A stretch of DNA of 64,000 nucleotides, from sequence record NZ_AP019754.1. One strand, given 5' to 3'. Shown in pieces: positions 1-10,635 of the stretch. Position 1 is the stretch's first letter, and each line of letters begins with the position of its first letter. The notes beneath the pieces are model-generated. The model searched no databases, was not told where the DNA came from, and was given only the letters and a program-made list of their open reading frames with translations. This stretch comes from a plasmid. The translations under genes were made by a program, and so were the position numbers.

Positions 1-1437
1 AACATCGCTTACGCTCAAAAGCTCGCTGACACAACCGACCGCTACCTCAAAACTGCGCAGCAGGAACTGGCCTGGAGTGCGTCTCAGATAAATACGCTTG
101 ATGATGTTGTTCAACTGGCCAGTGAAAGCGAGCGGTTAAGGCTACAGTCCGACTTTTTCAATACAGTCGTCGTGGTAAACCGGAACGCGGTAGTTACTGC
201 CACATCACCTCAAAGCCTGAAGCTTGTCGGTGTCAGACTTAAACCTGTTGCCAGCCTGCAGTCTATTGATATGGAAAAACCATATATCTCCCCCCCTTTC
301 ATCGCAGAAACTGGTAATTACGTCATTTTTATCTCTCAGCCGCTTTTCACCTCTAAAGGTAATTATCTCGGCTATATCGGAGGAACAATTTATCTCAAAA
401 AGCAGAGCATGCTTAGCGATATCCTCAGCCGGCATTTTTTTGGAAAGGACTCTGTTGTCAGTATTGTCAGTAATGAAGGGCTGATTATTTACAGTCAAGA
501 CCCAGGCAAGACCGGTACTAAGATGTTTCTTCCTGTCTCTATCCAGAAACGCCTGGCCGATACGAAAAGTGGACAGAAAAACGGACATAAATTACTGATA
601 GGATATGCGAACCTTCGTTCCACTGGCTGGAATGTCTTTATGACCGGTACGTCTGAAACGGTAAAAGCTATACTTTTGAACTCTGTGCGAAATACCTTCT
701 GGTTTATTATCGGAATCCTGGCACTGACCTCAGGTGTCATGGCACTGCTTGCGGGACGCATTGCTTTACCACTCGAGAAGCTTGCAGCAATGGTACGAGA
801 AGGAGGTAGTAATGCTACTGCGGAGTCGGTCATCGGTACACATGCATGGTATTATGAAGCGGAATGCCTGGCTGATGCCGTTCGCGATCACCGTAGGGCT
901 GTATCAGGACATATGGCCGCTATCAGTGATGAAGCAATGACAGATCCCCTTACGGGGCTTTACAACCGGCGCGGCTTTACTGTGACGGCTGACGAAGTGG
1001 TTGACAGTGCAGAACACTGCATCATCGCGATTGATATCGATCACTTTAAGTACATTAATGATAAATTTGGTCATGACGCGGGAGATTTTGCTTTGGTCGG
1101 ACTTGCGGAGTTACTCGCAAAGGCGAGCCGCCCGATGGACCTGGTCAGTAGGTTTGGAGGAGAGGAGTTCATTATACTAATGCCAAATACCTCTCTTCTG
1201 GACGGTGCTGCTACGGCAGAGCGCATTCGTCTGGAAGTAAACAAAGCTAACTTTCCTGGCGTAGGCAGAATGGCCGTTTCAGCGGGTGTAGCCGTTTTTA
1301 GTGGTCAGGAAGTCGCTCATGAAGAAGCTCTTCGCCATGCTGATGAAGCCCTATACTTTTCCAAAAGAGCGGGGCGAAACCAGGTATCAGTGAGTATCTC
1401 AGGAAAAATTATTGTTCCTTTCAGTACAGTTGGATAG
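1..1437 (+). CDS. Sensor diguanylate cyclase (periplasmic Cache-like sensor, TM helix, GGDEF domain); 5' end lies outside the window
   Basis: Frame 1 is open from base 1 with no stop, so the listed M at 172 is internal. A TM segment (FWFIIGILALTSGVMALLAG) is followed by the GGDEF hallmarks RFGGEEF and DIDHFKYINDKFGHDAGD. Confidence 0.8.
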   Translation, partial: NIAYAQKLADTTDRYLKTAQQELAWSASQINTLDDVVQLASESERLRLQSDFFNTVVVVNRNAVVTATSPQSLKLVGVRLKPVASLQSIDMEKPYISPPFIAETGNYVIFISQPLFTSKGNYLGYIGGTIYLKKQSMLSDILSRHFFGKDSVVSIVSNEGLIIYSQDPGKTGTKMFLPVSIQKRLADTKSGQKNGHKLLIGYANLRSTGWNVFMTGTSETVKAILLNSVRNTFWFIIGILALTSGVMALLAGRIALPLEKLAAMVREGGSNATAESVIGTHAWYYEAECLADAVRDHRRAVSGHMAAISDEAMTDPLTGLYNRRGFTVTADEVVDSAEHCIIAIDIDHFKYINDKFGHDAGDFALVGLAELLAKASRPMDLVSRFGGEEFIILMPNTSLLDGAATAERIRLEVNKANFPGVGRMAVSAGVAVFSGQEVAHEEALRHADEALYFSKRAGRNQVSVSISGKIIVPFSTVG

Positions 1438-1950
1438 GTTTAGATCTTATGCAGATGGTCACTTATTTTGCAATAAAATACAGCTGCGAAAATCTTAATA
1501 ACATACCGGTTGTAAATCAAACCGTCATGTTACCATCCTGTAGCCTTCCGCCCGGGCGAATTGTTTGCGCAGGCGCAGTCCCCATACTGAGACCTTTATC
1601 AGAAAAAAACGGGGCCGGACGTGAGCCCCAAAGACACCATTACTTGCTTTTGATTATAGAGGTTCGCTTGCCGGCCAGCCGGTTCGCTTAATTATCATCA
1701 CTGTACAACCTGTAAATTACAAGTGCATGATTATGTTGAAATAAAATTCAGAGCGAAAATATTAATGCCTTCAGGAATCAGAATTAATTCTGGATGATTT
1801 GTGATAACAGCCTATAAGCATCGGCTGCCTGCGAGAGCTACCTTTGAAAAGAAGTAAATGATGCCCTTGAGGTATGAGCGTCGATTGTGAGGACTGCAAC
1901 AACAGCTCTGTGCCACTAACGGACATGTGCATAAACCTGATTCCGTTGAT

Positions 1951-1986
1951 ACAAAAAAACGCCTGATGCAGGGCTTCAGGCGTTGG
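1951..1986 (-). terminator. Rho-independent terminator-like hairpin (aacgcctga / tcaggcgtt), with a T-tract when read on the minus strand
   Basis: Perfect 9-bp inverted repeat at 1958–1984. A run of 7 A on the plus strand gives a U-tract for minus-strand transcripts downstream of the MCP remnant. Confidence 0.4.
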
Positions 1987-2035
1987 GGCATATCTACATT
2001 TCAGTTCGTGATCGGAAATGCTTTTATCAGAACTG

Positions 2036-2780
2036 TTCCCAGTTCTGATCCTGGCCGCCAGCCGCAATGGCTTGTGTTTTTTTCATGACAGGCACAGAAA
2101 TCACTTCGGGGCGGCTGTGCTTCCGGTCATTAGCGGGTGATATTCCTGACACGCTGACGGTGAATGCGCTCACCAGCCTGCACAAAGCTCATTGAAGACT
2201 CTATCAGCTCCTTGATTTCACGTGCGGAGGCAGATGAACGCTGTGCCAGATTACGGACTTCGCCAGCCACAACCGCAAAGCCGCGACCCTGCTCACCCGC
2301 ACGGGCCGCTTCGACGGCCGCGTTGAGCGCAAGGATGTTGGTCTGGAAGGCAATACCCTCAATCAGCGCAATGATGTCCGTGATTTTGGCTGAGCTTCCA
2401 CGGATATCGCTCATCGTGGTCATCAGGGTGCGCACGCGACCGGCGCTGTCTTCTGAAATATCCCGGGCGTTTCTGGCCAGGTGGCTGGCCAGGCGCGTGT
2501 TTTCTGCAGTCTGGCGGACAGTTTCACTGAGCTCAGACATGCTGGCTGCCGTCTGTTCCAGTGAGGCGGCCTGCTCCTCGGTGCGTGATGACAGATCCTC
2601 GTTACCGGCTGATATCTGTGCCGAAGCGGAACTGACCGACTGGGCAGACGCCTCTACTTTTAACACAGCATTAGCAATGTCCGCTTTTCGCTGATAGCGG
2701 ACCTCCAGCTCAGTCAGCCTGTCCGCTTTGTGCCAGGAGCGGACCTTATAAACACTAAGGTACGATCGTTTAGGGGCAGT
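2036..2780 (-). pseudogene. Methyl-accepting chemotaxis protein remnant. The N-terminal sensor/TM/HAMP region is absent, the signalling domain is internally disrupted, and the C-terminal NWEQF pentapeptide survives in a shifted frame
   Basis: The 2130..2666 ORF encodes only the conserved MCP signalling core ([34 protein letters not shown]). Upstream the frame closes at a TAG (2781–2783) after about 40 aa with no TM or HAMP. Downstream a +1 frame reads ...KKTQAIAAGGQDQNWEQF*, matching the NWETF-type CheR/CheB tether, with its stop at 2036–2038. Confidence 0.6.
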
Positions 2781-3136
2781 CTATGGAGAGTTATTATAGT
2801 GAGAACTCATCACGACCGAAGAAGATCGTAACAGATTCAGCCCCCTTGAGAGCGCAACATATAAATCAGTTGTGGACAATCCATCCGAGGCGTTCAGGCA
2901 GAGGCCAGCGCATGACTTCGCCGGTCTCTTCCTGAAAGGCAAGCATCAATATCTGTCCAGTAAAGTCTGCGTGTTCTTTGGGACCAGAGGGGCACTCGCC
3001 CAGCAAATTGCTGACATGGGCTGCTACTGAAAATATGTTATTTCTCCAGGAGGATAAAAGTTGCGAGGGTGAACGAACTGAAGGTCAGGGACGTCTGCGA
3101 CTGGACATACGTCCCTAACCAGCAGTGTCGCTTGGT

Positions 3137-3608
3137 TAATACAGAAAATGCTCGGTAAGCCGGTCGCTAAAAAGCATGATGCCGAGCCCGGTCAGCATGA
3201 CCAACACGCCACCCATCTTGATGAGCGAAACCGGCCGTCATATGGCGCCCAGCAGACCAAAATGGTCGATCACCTGTGATGAGCGACAATCGCCAACCCG
3301 AGCGGGGCTGAAAAACCGATTTTTGGTGCAAGTACCACATAGCTGAATAACGCACAGGCACCGATCTGTCGGCCCGCCAGACTCCACAGAGGCTGTGAAG
3401 GGATGGCAGCAAGGGCGGTGAAAACCCCTCCACGTAGCAGCGAGTAAACGCCTAGGCTCAACGCTCCGGCCGTAAAGGAAAACAACGCGGCGGTGACCGG
3501 GTCGCCCTCGAGCCCTTTTGCAAGCTGGCTGTTCAATGTTGTCTGCAGGGTAATACCCAGACCTGCTGCAAAAGCCAGTACGTAATAAATCGCGCTCATG
3601 CTGTTCAT
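3137..3608 (-). pseudogene. YdcZ-like DMT-superfamily (DUF606) inner-membrane protein, frameshifted
   Basis: The 112-aa ORF 3270..3608 looks like the N-terminal two-thirds of a ~150-aa YdcZ-type protein. The C-terminal part (QVIDHFGLLGAI* then RPVSLIKMGGVLVMLTGLGIMLFSDRLTEHFLY*) continues in a different frame after a stop. Confidence 0.55.
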
Positions 3609-3613
3609 CTCAG

Positions 3614-3960
3614 TTAGTTTGCCTGCACCATCGGCAGGAATTTTTCCGCAAAGATGTCAGGCTCATACCCTGCTGCCGTAAAAAGGTGTTCGCTTGATTC
3701 ATCAATGGCTGCGCGAAGGCGTTCACTGTCCACACCCGCTTTCCCGGCTAACGCGGTCTGAAACGCAGAATGGAGGTCGGAGGTAAAAAACGCCAGATGG
3801 CGGGGTGTAAAGGTATTGATCCCGTCGAACATAAATTCAAACACCTTGCCGGTTTCAGGGCTAAGGAGGCCGCTGAAAGGATAGCGCTGGCGCAGGTCTC
3901 CGACGTTTTCCGGCGCACACCTGGTCTGTCAATGAGCTCGGGAGATGTCATCAGGGCGTG
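3614..3960 (-). pseudogene. Hypothetical gene that appears split by a frameshift (…MGIRIEREPNPNVIVRLITRLHHALMTSPELIDRPGV / PENVGDLRQRYPFSGLLSPETGKVFEFMFDG…LPMVQAN)
   Basis: Two overlapping minus-strand ORFs (3614..3844 and 3748..4077) have protein-like composition only on either side of a frame switch near 3885. I could not recognise a family. Confidence 0.25.
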
Positions 3961-4246
3961 ATGAAGCCGGGTGATGAGCCTGACAATGACGTTTGGGTTT
4001 GGCTCCCGCTCAATACGAATCCCCATGTCTGTAAGGGTTTGGCAAGGGGGAACGCATGATGGAGTTATGGCGCGCATAGCGCCCCCGCTTTTTTGCTTCT
4101 GTTGTGTCCATAAGATGCGCGTCTGTGGAGGAGGATGGGGGCATTTTTTTCAGGCGGGCTGAACCAGGATGGTTGCTGCTGCTCCGCCAGAAAAAAGGGT
4201 ATTCGTGATTCAGGAAAATATTTCCCATCGAATCAACGCGTTGAAA

Positions 4247-4942
4247 TCAAGTAATTAAGCTCGGATCGTTCCAGAGACGAAATCCTCCCTCGAATGCCAG
4301 TGTGTTGTCGCCTTTGCGGCACTTTGGCGGGAGTGAGTCGAGTTCATCTACGTTTCCTCCGCCTAAAACCACGTAGTCAGGCTGCAACGCGGTGGTCAGC
4401 ATCTCCACCACGTCAAAAACCCGCGCCTGCCATTTTTTGTTCCCCTTTTTTACCCGGTAGGCTTCACCTACGTAGTGTTCGTAGCTATTGCCTTTGCGAT
4501 AAGGTAAGTGAGCGATCTCCATGGGCTGAGCGACGTTTTCGATGATCATCGCAGCCCCTAGTCCCGTGCCAAGACCGAGGAACAGCATGCGTCCGCCCTG
4601 ATAGGAACCCAGCGCCTGCATCAGGGCGTCGTTGACGATACGAACAGGGCAGCCAAAGGCGCCTGCATAGTCAAACCCCATCCAGCCCTCACCGAGGTTG
4701 GCGGGCTCCCGAATAGGTTTATTGTCCGCGACGGGACCCGGAAACCCCATCGCGATCACATCATAGGACATGCCTTCAGCCAGGGTCTTAACCGCGGCAA
4801 CCATGTCTGCGGCCGACATGTTTTTTCCACTATCTGCCTTCTTTTTTACCCCGCCAGTGCTGGAGAGGATCTTCACATGGCTTCCGCCGATGTCGATGGA
4901 CAAAACAACATGATCTTTCTTTTTTTTAGTTTGCCGCGTCAT
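4247..4942 (-). CDS. ROK-family glucokinase, polyphosphate/ATP-glucokinase-like
   Basis: 231 aa with an N-terminal IDIGGSHVK sugar-kinase motif. It is about the size of actinobacterial PpgK and is the last gene of the GH15-gnd-zwf module. Confidence 0.65.
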   Translation of the reverse strand: MTRQTKKKKDHVVLSIDIGGSHVKILSSTGGVKKKADSGKNMSAADMVAAVKTLAEGMSYDVIAMGFPGPVADNKPIREPANLGEGWMGFDYAGAFGCPVRIVNDALMQALGSYQGGRMLFLGLGTGLGAAMIIENVAQPMEIAHLPYRKGNSYEHYVGEAYRVKKGNKKWQARVFDVVEMLTTALQPDYVVLGGGNVDELDSLPPKCRKGDNTLAFEGGFRLWNDPSLIT

Positions 4943-4960
4943 TGGTAATTCTCCATAGGC

Positions 4961-6331
4961 TCAAACGGGATCGACCCAGCCGCCGGGGGGCATAAAGTCC
5001 GCCATAGCGGCAGGCCCCCAGGTTCCTGGTTTGTAGGCAGGTGGAACAGTTTTATCCTTTAGTATAGGTTCGACGATTTTCCAGGCCAGCTCTGCTGCAT
5101 CCTGCCTGGTGAAAAGCTGACGATCGCCCGCCATGGCATCGCCAATCAGCCGCTCGTAGGGCGCCATATCGCCCAGACCATCGTCCAGCGCGGTGAGTTC
5201 GACCGCTTCACCCCGCATCTTTTCGCCGGACGCCTTGCGTCTCGCGCCAATGCCGATCGTAATATCCGGGCCGAGGCGAAAGCGGATATAGTTGGCGGGC
5301 TCGTCGGTAATTTCATCGAAAAGGGTAACCGGCGGTCGCCTGAAGCGCACAACCACTTCCGTGGCATGCGCGGGTAAATTTTTCCCAGCACGGATATAGA
5401 AGGGAACGCCACTCCAGCGCCACGTTGTAATCTGAAAGCGAACCGCAGCGAAGGTCTCCGTCGGAGAAGACGCGGCGACACCCGGTTCATCGGTATAGCC
5501 TTCAAACTGACCCCGAACAACGTCATCGTCTGACAGAGGCGGCATGGCCTTTAACACCTGGACTTTCTCATCAACCAGATCGTCGGATGCGCCGGAAGAG
5601 GGTGGTTCCATGGCAAGTAACAGAAGCACATTAACCAGGTGATTCTGGATCACATCACGGATGCAGCCAACTTCGTCATAGAATTTGCCGCGTCCCTTGA
5701 TGCCGAAGTCCTCAGCCATGGTGATCTGAACGCTTTCGATATGTTCACGATTCCATATGGGTTCAAGGAAGCTGTTCGCAAAGCGAAAGTAGAGGAGGTT
5801 CTGGATAGCCTCCTTGCCCAGAAAGTGGTCGATGCGGAAAATCGCGTCCTCATCGAAAACCTTGTGCAGCACCTCGTTCAGCTGTTTTGCCGAAGCGAGA
5901 TCGCGGCCAAACGGCTTTTCCACCATAAGTCGGGCGTTTTTCGCGATACCGGCCTCTGCCAGCCCACCCGCAACCGTTTCGAACAGGGAGGGGGGAATGG
6001 CAAGGTAGTAGAGCGGGTTATGATGACCGGCAAGCGCCTCGCGCAGCCCGTCGAATGTTGACTGAGATCGATAATCGCCTGAAACGTAGGAAAGCCTGTC
6101 CGCCAGTGCGGCAAAGACCGCCTGATCGACCACATCGACATGTTTTTCAACCGCCTCTTTTGCACGCGCGATCAACTGGTCACGCGTCCAGTCTTCAAAT
6201 GCAACACCGATAATGGGCGTACTGAGCGTTTTACGCTTCACCATTGCATAGAGAGAAGGGAAGATCATCTTGTAGGCAAGATCGCCGGTGACACCGAACA
6301 CTACCAGCACATCTGATCGTTGCTGCGCCAT
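4961..6331 (-). CDS. zwf: Glucose-6-phosphate 1-dehydrogenase
   Basis: 456 aa with NADP-binding [10 protein letters not shown], the G6PD active-site signature RIDHFLGKE and the conserved YLAIPP stretch. Confidence 0.9.
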   Translation of the reverse strand: MAQQRSDVLVVFGVTGDLAYKMIFPSLYAMVKRKTLSTPIIGVAFEDWTRDQLIARAKEAVEKHVDVVDQAVFAALADRLSYVSGDYRSQSTFDGLREALAGHHNPLYYLAIPPSLFETVAGGLAEAGIAKNARLMVEKPFGRDLASAKQLNEVLHKVFDEDAIFRIDHFLGKEAIQNLLYFRFANSFLEPIWNREHIESVQITMAEDFGIKGRGKFYDEVGCIRDVIQNHLVNVLLLLAMEPPSSGASDDLVDEKVQVLKAMPPLSDDDVVRGQFEGYTDEPGVAASSPTETFAAVRFQITTWRWSGVPFYIRAGKNLPAHATEVVVRFRRPPVTLFDEITDEPANYIRFRLGPDITIGIGARRKASGEKMRGEAVELTALDDGLGDMAPYERLIGDAMAGDRQLFTRQDAAELAWKIVEPILKDKTVPPAYKPGTWGPAAMADFMPPGGWVDPV

Positions 6332-6348
6332 CGCTGTGTACCTCCGCG

Positions 6349-7353
6349 TTACCTGGTTTTTTCCAAATGGCCGCCGAAGGCGTGCCGCATGGCTGAGAGG
6401 ACTTTTTCGGCAAACAGTGCTTCGCCACGAGAAGAGAAACGCCCGAAAAGAGCAGACGCGAGAACCGGAGCAGGAACGCCCGTGTCGACAGCCGCCTGCA
6501 ATGTCCAGCGCCCTTCACCGGAATCAGACACGCGGCCATCATAATGGTTGAGATTCGGGTCCTGTTTCAACGCTTCGGCTGTCAGATCCAGCAGCCAGGA
6601 GCCGATCACCGAGCCATGTCGCCATACCTCTGTAACGGCGGGAAGATTGATATCAAAACGATAATATTGCGGACTGGAAAGGGGCGCGGTTTCCGCATCA
6701 GCCTCCCGCTCGCCGGTTCCGCTATTGGCGGCCTTTAAAATGTTCAGGCCTTCGGCATAGGCGGCCATGACACCATATTCAATGCCATTATGTACCATCT
6801 TGACGAAGTGTCCGGCGCCTGCTGGCCCGCAATGAAGATAACCTCTCGGCGCCGTGCCCAGGGCCGCATCTTCCGCAATGTTCTGACCGGCACCGGGCGC
6901 AAGCGACGCAAAAATCGGGTCCAGGCGCTTCACGGCCGCCTGCGGGCCGCCAATCATCAGGGAGTAGCCACGCTCGAGGCCCCAAACGCCACCCGATGTG
7001 CCGACGTCGATATAGTCGATTCCGAGAGGTGAAAATTCCCCGGCGATATCGATAGCTTCACGGTAAAAGGAGTTGCCCCCATCGATAATAGCGTCGCCCT
7101 TATTCAGCGCTGCTGCGAACTCCCGCGCAATCTTTGGTGTTATCGCCGCGGGGAGCATGAGCCAGACCGCGCGCGGCGCCTCCAGCTTCGCAATCAGATC
7201 GCCAGGGGATAACGCGCCGGTTGCGCCTTCTTTAACCAGTGCGTCAACGTTATCGGCGTTCACGTCGTAAACGACGCATTCGTGGCCCTGTTTAAGAAGG
7301 CGACGTACCATGTTGGCGCCCATGCGGCCGAGACCTACCATTCCAATCTGCAT
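6349..7353 (-). CDS. gnd: 6-phosphogluconate dehydrogenase (decarboxylating), short GndA/YqeC-like form
   Basis: The Rossmann motif [16 protein letters not shown] sits at the N-terminus. The start is assigned to the ATG at 7353 (GGAG 7 nt upstream), which abuts the GH15 stop. The 6PGDH C-terminal domain is present. Confidence 0.8.
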   Translation of the reverse strand: MQIGMVGLGRMGANMVRRLLKQGHECVVYDVNADNVDALVKEGATGALSPGDLIAKLEAPRAVWLMLPAAITPKIAREFAAALNKGDAIIDGGNSFYREAIDIAGEFSPLGIDYIDVGTSGGVWGLERGYSLMIGGPQAAVKRLDPIFASLAPGAGQNIAEDAALGTAPRGYLHCGPAGAGHFVKMVHNGIEYGVMAAYAEGLNILKAANSGTGEREADAETAPLSSPQYYRFDINLPAVTEVWRHGSVIGSWLLDLTAEALKQDPNLNHYDGRVSDSGEGRWTLQAAVDTGVPAPVLASALFGRFSSRGEALFAEKVLSAMRHAFGGHLEKTR

Positions 7354-7354
7354 A

Positions 7355-9856
7355 TCATTCTCCATTGCCAATGCGGGTTTGATCGTTCGGTTCATTTACG
7401 ACGTGAACGGTAAAATCGGTGTTTTCCCAATGTTCAACGTCAGGCCAGTAAAAGGTAAAGACAACACGGGTTCCTGCGGTTTCGTGCTGTACAGGCAGGT
7501 CCACGTAATAGGTTCCAAGCCCCGATGAGCGCGCCGGGGAGTCAGAAACGGTAGCCCAGTCATCCGTACTCCAGTGCACCAGGGCGTTCGCTTCCGTTTC
7601 CAGCCTCAGTTGCTTCCCGACAGGAAGGGAGGACACGCGGTTGTTAAAGCGCCATATGCGCAAATGCGATCCGGTCTGATTCCTGATATAGCGTTCAACG
7701 CCTTGGGGTGGCATATCGAAGACCGCGCCCTCGCGAAGCGATCGCAGCAGTTTAATATGTTCGGAATGTGCCCAGACAAGCGGCATGGCGCTACCGGAAG
7801 GACGCCCGAAGAACATCGCCTTATCAGGAATATCGGAGCCGTCCCATACCTGTTCCGGTAACAGCCCGCCCGAGCCTGCTGATTTTTCCAGCGTGGCCAG
7901 GAGCGCCTCAGCCGCGTCGTGCCTGCCCGCTGCCAGCTCGTAATGCGCGCGTTCGCCCGCCAGCAGAGGCCAGGGACGCCCCTGGCCGATACCGTCGAAC
8001 GGCGCGCCGTCTGCGTGTTCGCCATAGCCATCACCGGTGTACCGATACCACAATGGCCCCTGAGGTAAATCGACCCGAAGACTGTGGTCAATAGCCTTTA
8101 TCGTATCAAGGATGTGCGGGTCGTCCGCTGCACGCAGGCCGAAACGCACCAGTGCCAGGGCATCCGGGCTCAGCACATCAGCGGTCGGCAGAAGCGCCCG
8201 ATCCGGTGTCTGGTTGCGAATCTCGGTATTGCCGGATGCGCTGACCTCATCCGTTGCGCCCGACGGCGCGATGCGGACATAGTGACCGGAAATGCCAATC
8301 GAGGTGCAAAAATGGGGATCCCCGGCAAAGGTCCATTTTTCAATCTGCTCATTCCAGCAGTCTGCGGTTTCTCGCAGGTGGTTTGCCGCCGCTTCATCTC
8401 CGTCTATCGAAAGCAGATCCGCGGCGGCAAGCAGTGCAGCGATCTCGACCGCCAGGGTAAACGGACTGTAGCCTGAGTCTTCCTCCCAGCGGTCCTCCGC
8501 GGTCGCCGGGCCGTTGGTCAAAATGTAGCAGGCCGCGCGGCGTAGCATAGGCATAAAGCGTTTCTGCGCTTTATTGTCGAGATAGCCGAGTCTGCGCAGC
8601 ATATCCATAAGCAGAAGGGGGAATGCACACTCATCCATCTGGATGCCTGGCCAGTAGGGTTTTCCATCCAGCCACAGGTTCTGTGGCCAGCGCCCGGAGG
8701 GCTCCTGAACACGACGGAGATATTCCAGAATGGCGAGTGCCTGGTCGGCGTCGCCTGCGGCCAGGAAACCCCCTGCCGTTTCGACCAGGTCTCGCGGCCA
8801 GACCAGATGATAGCCGCCAAGATCGTCATCGCCCTTCGAAAATCCCCAGGGTATCGTCAGGCTCGCGACAACGGCGCCGGGACAATCAGCGGCTCTGTGC
8901 GAGGCCAGTACCGCCGTTGAAACCCGGTATGTATTGACGCCGTTTCGCGCTTCTTGATCGAGTGGAATGAGCCTGTCCTGCCACGCTTGCCAGTTGCGAA
9001 TATACCCATCGCGCGCTTTATCAAAGCCCGCGTTAAGACTGGCGGTTGCCGCCGCTGCGGCCTCGGATTCCGTTTGGCCGAAACCAATAGCCAGCGTGGC
9101 TTCACTGCAGGCGCTGGTGAACGCCAGCTCTCCGGCAAGCGCGACATTGCCATCGTCTGCCCGCCGGTATTGGTTCACAAGGCGTCCCTGTTCTTTAAGC
9201 TGCTGCCAGCCGTCTGACATACCGACAAACCCGGCGCTCATTGCCGTCCAGGGGATGTCGCAGACGAGCGCCAGATAGCGGGAGCGGCCGGTGGCGAAAA
9301 GCACTGGCTTATCGTCAAATTCGCCGATCCAGGCGGCGTTCATTTGTCCGGCATTCACCAGATGGGGAGCGAGCAGTGCGGTGACGGTGTAATGCTCAAC
9401 GTTCCCCTTCAACGCGGTGAAACGGACCCGCTGCAGCACACAGTCACGGGCCGGATCAGTAATGATGTCCTTCTCAAGCCTGTAGAGGCCGTCACGCGCC
9501 GTGTTGGTGATGGTGAAGGCCGGAATGCCTGGCGAGTGGGGTCGGGTTTCGGTCAGGCAGTCGCGCTTTTCTTCGGAGAAATAACCTTCAGGCCCCGTGA
9601 TAACGAAGACGCAATCGCGGGTACAGGCGCTGTCAACGCGTGGATAATAGATTTCGTTGAGAACGCCGTGGCTCAAGGTGAACCAGACGCGCGAGTCTGA
9701 TGAAAGGGCCGTGCCGATTCCGCTCTTGGCACTCGATGTCCATCGGGCTTCAATTCCTGGCCTTCCCGGGGCGGCGTCAACGCCTGCGCGTAATGGCGGG
9801 TCGTCATGCTTCATGCACGTTTGCAACGGGACGGCGTCGCTGTCAGCGTTTGACAT
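7355..9856 (-). CDS. Glycoside hydrolase family 15 (glucoamylase / glucodextranase / trehalase-like), 833 aa
   Basis: N-terminal beta-sandwich followed by an (alpha/alpha)6 catalytic region with the GH15-type WEE/DSGYS and WPRD stretches. It is first in an apparent operon with gnd, zwf and the glucokinase. Confidence 0.75.
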   Translation of the reverse strand: MSNADSDAVPLQTCMKHDDPPLRAGVDAAPGRPGIEARWTSSAKSGIGTALSSDSRVWFTLSHGVLNEIYYPRVDSACTRDCVFVITGPEGYFSEEKRDCLTETRPHSPGIPAFTITNTARDGLYRLEKDIITDPARDCVLQRVRFTALKGNVEHYTVTALLAPHLVNAGQMNAAWIGEFDDKPVLFATGRSRYLALVCDIPWTAMSAGFVGMSDGWQQLKEQGRLVNQYRRADDGNVALAGELAFTSACSEATLAIGFGQTESEAAAAATASLNAGFDKARDGYIRNWQAWQDRLIPLDQEARNGVNTYRVSTAVLASHRAADCPGAVVASLTIPWGFSKGDDDLGGYHLVWPRDLVETAGGFLAAGDADQALAILEYLRRVQEPSGRWPQNLWLDGKPYWPGIQMDECAFPLLLMDMLRRLGYLDNKAQKRFMPMLRRAACYILTNGPATAEDRWEEDSGYSPFTLAVEIAALLAAADLLSIDGDEAAANHLRETADCWNEQIEKWTFAGDPHFCTSIGISGHYVRIAPSGATDEVSASGNTEIRNQTPDRALLPTADVLSPDALALVRFGLRAADDPHILDTIKAIDHSLRVDLPQGPLWYRYTGDGYGEHADGAPFDGIGQGRPWPLLAGERAHYELAAGRHDAAEALLATLEKSAGSGGLLPEQVWDGSDIPDKAMFFGRPSGSAMPLVWAHSEHIKLLRSLREGAVFDMPPQGVERYIRNQTGSHLRIWRFNNRVSSLPVGKQLRLETEANALVHWSTDDWATVSDSPARSSGLGTYYVDLPVQHETAGTRVVFTFYWPDVEHWENTDFTVHVVNEPNDQTRIGNGE

Positions 9857-10635
9857 TTTTAGGATACCTTGGCGGTCTGCGTAAAAAATCTAGACGACGA
9901 CGTTGCGGAGTAAATCCTGGCTTCATGCGGCGGCTTTTCTGTCCCGGGGCAACCCGGTTCACCTTGCGCCTGAGCAATGTAGAACCAAACTCCAAGATTT
10001 ATATAGCGCTGATAGTGTGTTGAATCAACCATCCCTATCAGCGCAGCAACACCGAAAATTATTCACGACAAGACGACTTTTCGCCGCTCACCTTCATCCG
10101 CACATGAACGTCTTTCTCACTGACTCATTAACCGCCGCGACCCGCTCCCCTTCATCGCGCGGACACTAAACCCGCGCCCCATCTCTGGGTAGCCAGGGCG
10201 ACGATGCGCCTTGCTTCAGACGAACCCGACTGATGCCCGGCAGCGCAAGAACGTGCGTCCTGATAGCACCGCTCTCCCGTCTGGATTTTCAGCTAACCGC
10301 ATGAAATCACATCATTTAAAGGGCTTTGCCCGACTACGTCGGGCGTACGGCGCTGAGCCGCATCTTTGCACTTATCGCTGTAGTCCTGGTCAGGCTAAAG
10401 GTCTGGCTCAACGATCGCTTTGTGCCCGTAGCGGACGTGATAGCAGGGTAGGTCAGATATCTAATGTACAAGGCCCGATCGGGCAAGGCAGCGTGAGATA
10501 CCCTGTGGCCAGCTACGTTGAGCCTGGCAGGTAAATCGACAGTGCGCCCCTGCGTAATGTCTTTTTTTGCAATGTCTAAAAGCAGAAAACTTACATCGTG
10601 TTACGACATAAACCCCATCGCTAAAGGTGACTGTA

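Noticed and set aside
2164-2694. 176-aa plus-strand ORF antisense to the MCP remnant
   Set aside because: It lies entirely inside the minus-strand MCP coding remnant and is Ala/Arg/Ser-rich, typical of antisense frames of high-GC coding DNA.
3083-3118. 8-bp stem hairpin (agggacgt…acgtccct) in the spacer between the MCP remnant and the ydcZ-like pseudogene
   Set aside because: There is no flanking T/U-tract on either strand, so its function is indeterminate. It is not reported as a terminator.
7574-9278. Multiple 60–160-aa ORFs on both strands inside the GH15 gene (e.g. 7606..8091, 7768..8094, 8084..8476, 8967..9278)
   Set aside because: All overlap the well-supported 833-aa GH15 reading frame. 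Their composition is Arg/Pro/Ala-biased, as expected for alternative frames.
9903-10534. ORFs 9903..10169 and 10211..10534 in the long leader upstream of the GH15 operon
   Set aside because: The composition is low-complexity and Arg/Ser/Pro-rich, with no start context or recognisable domain. The region more likely holds the promoter or leader of the operon and possibly eroded sequence.
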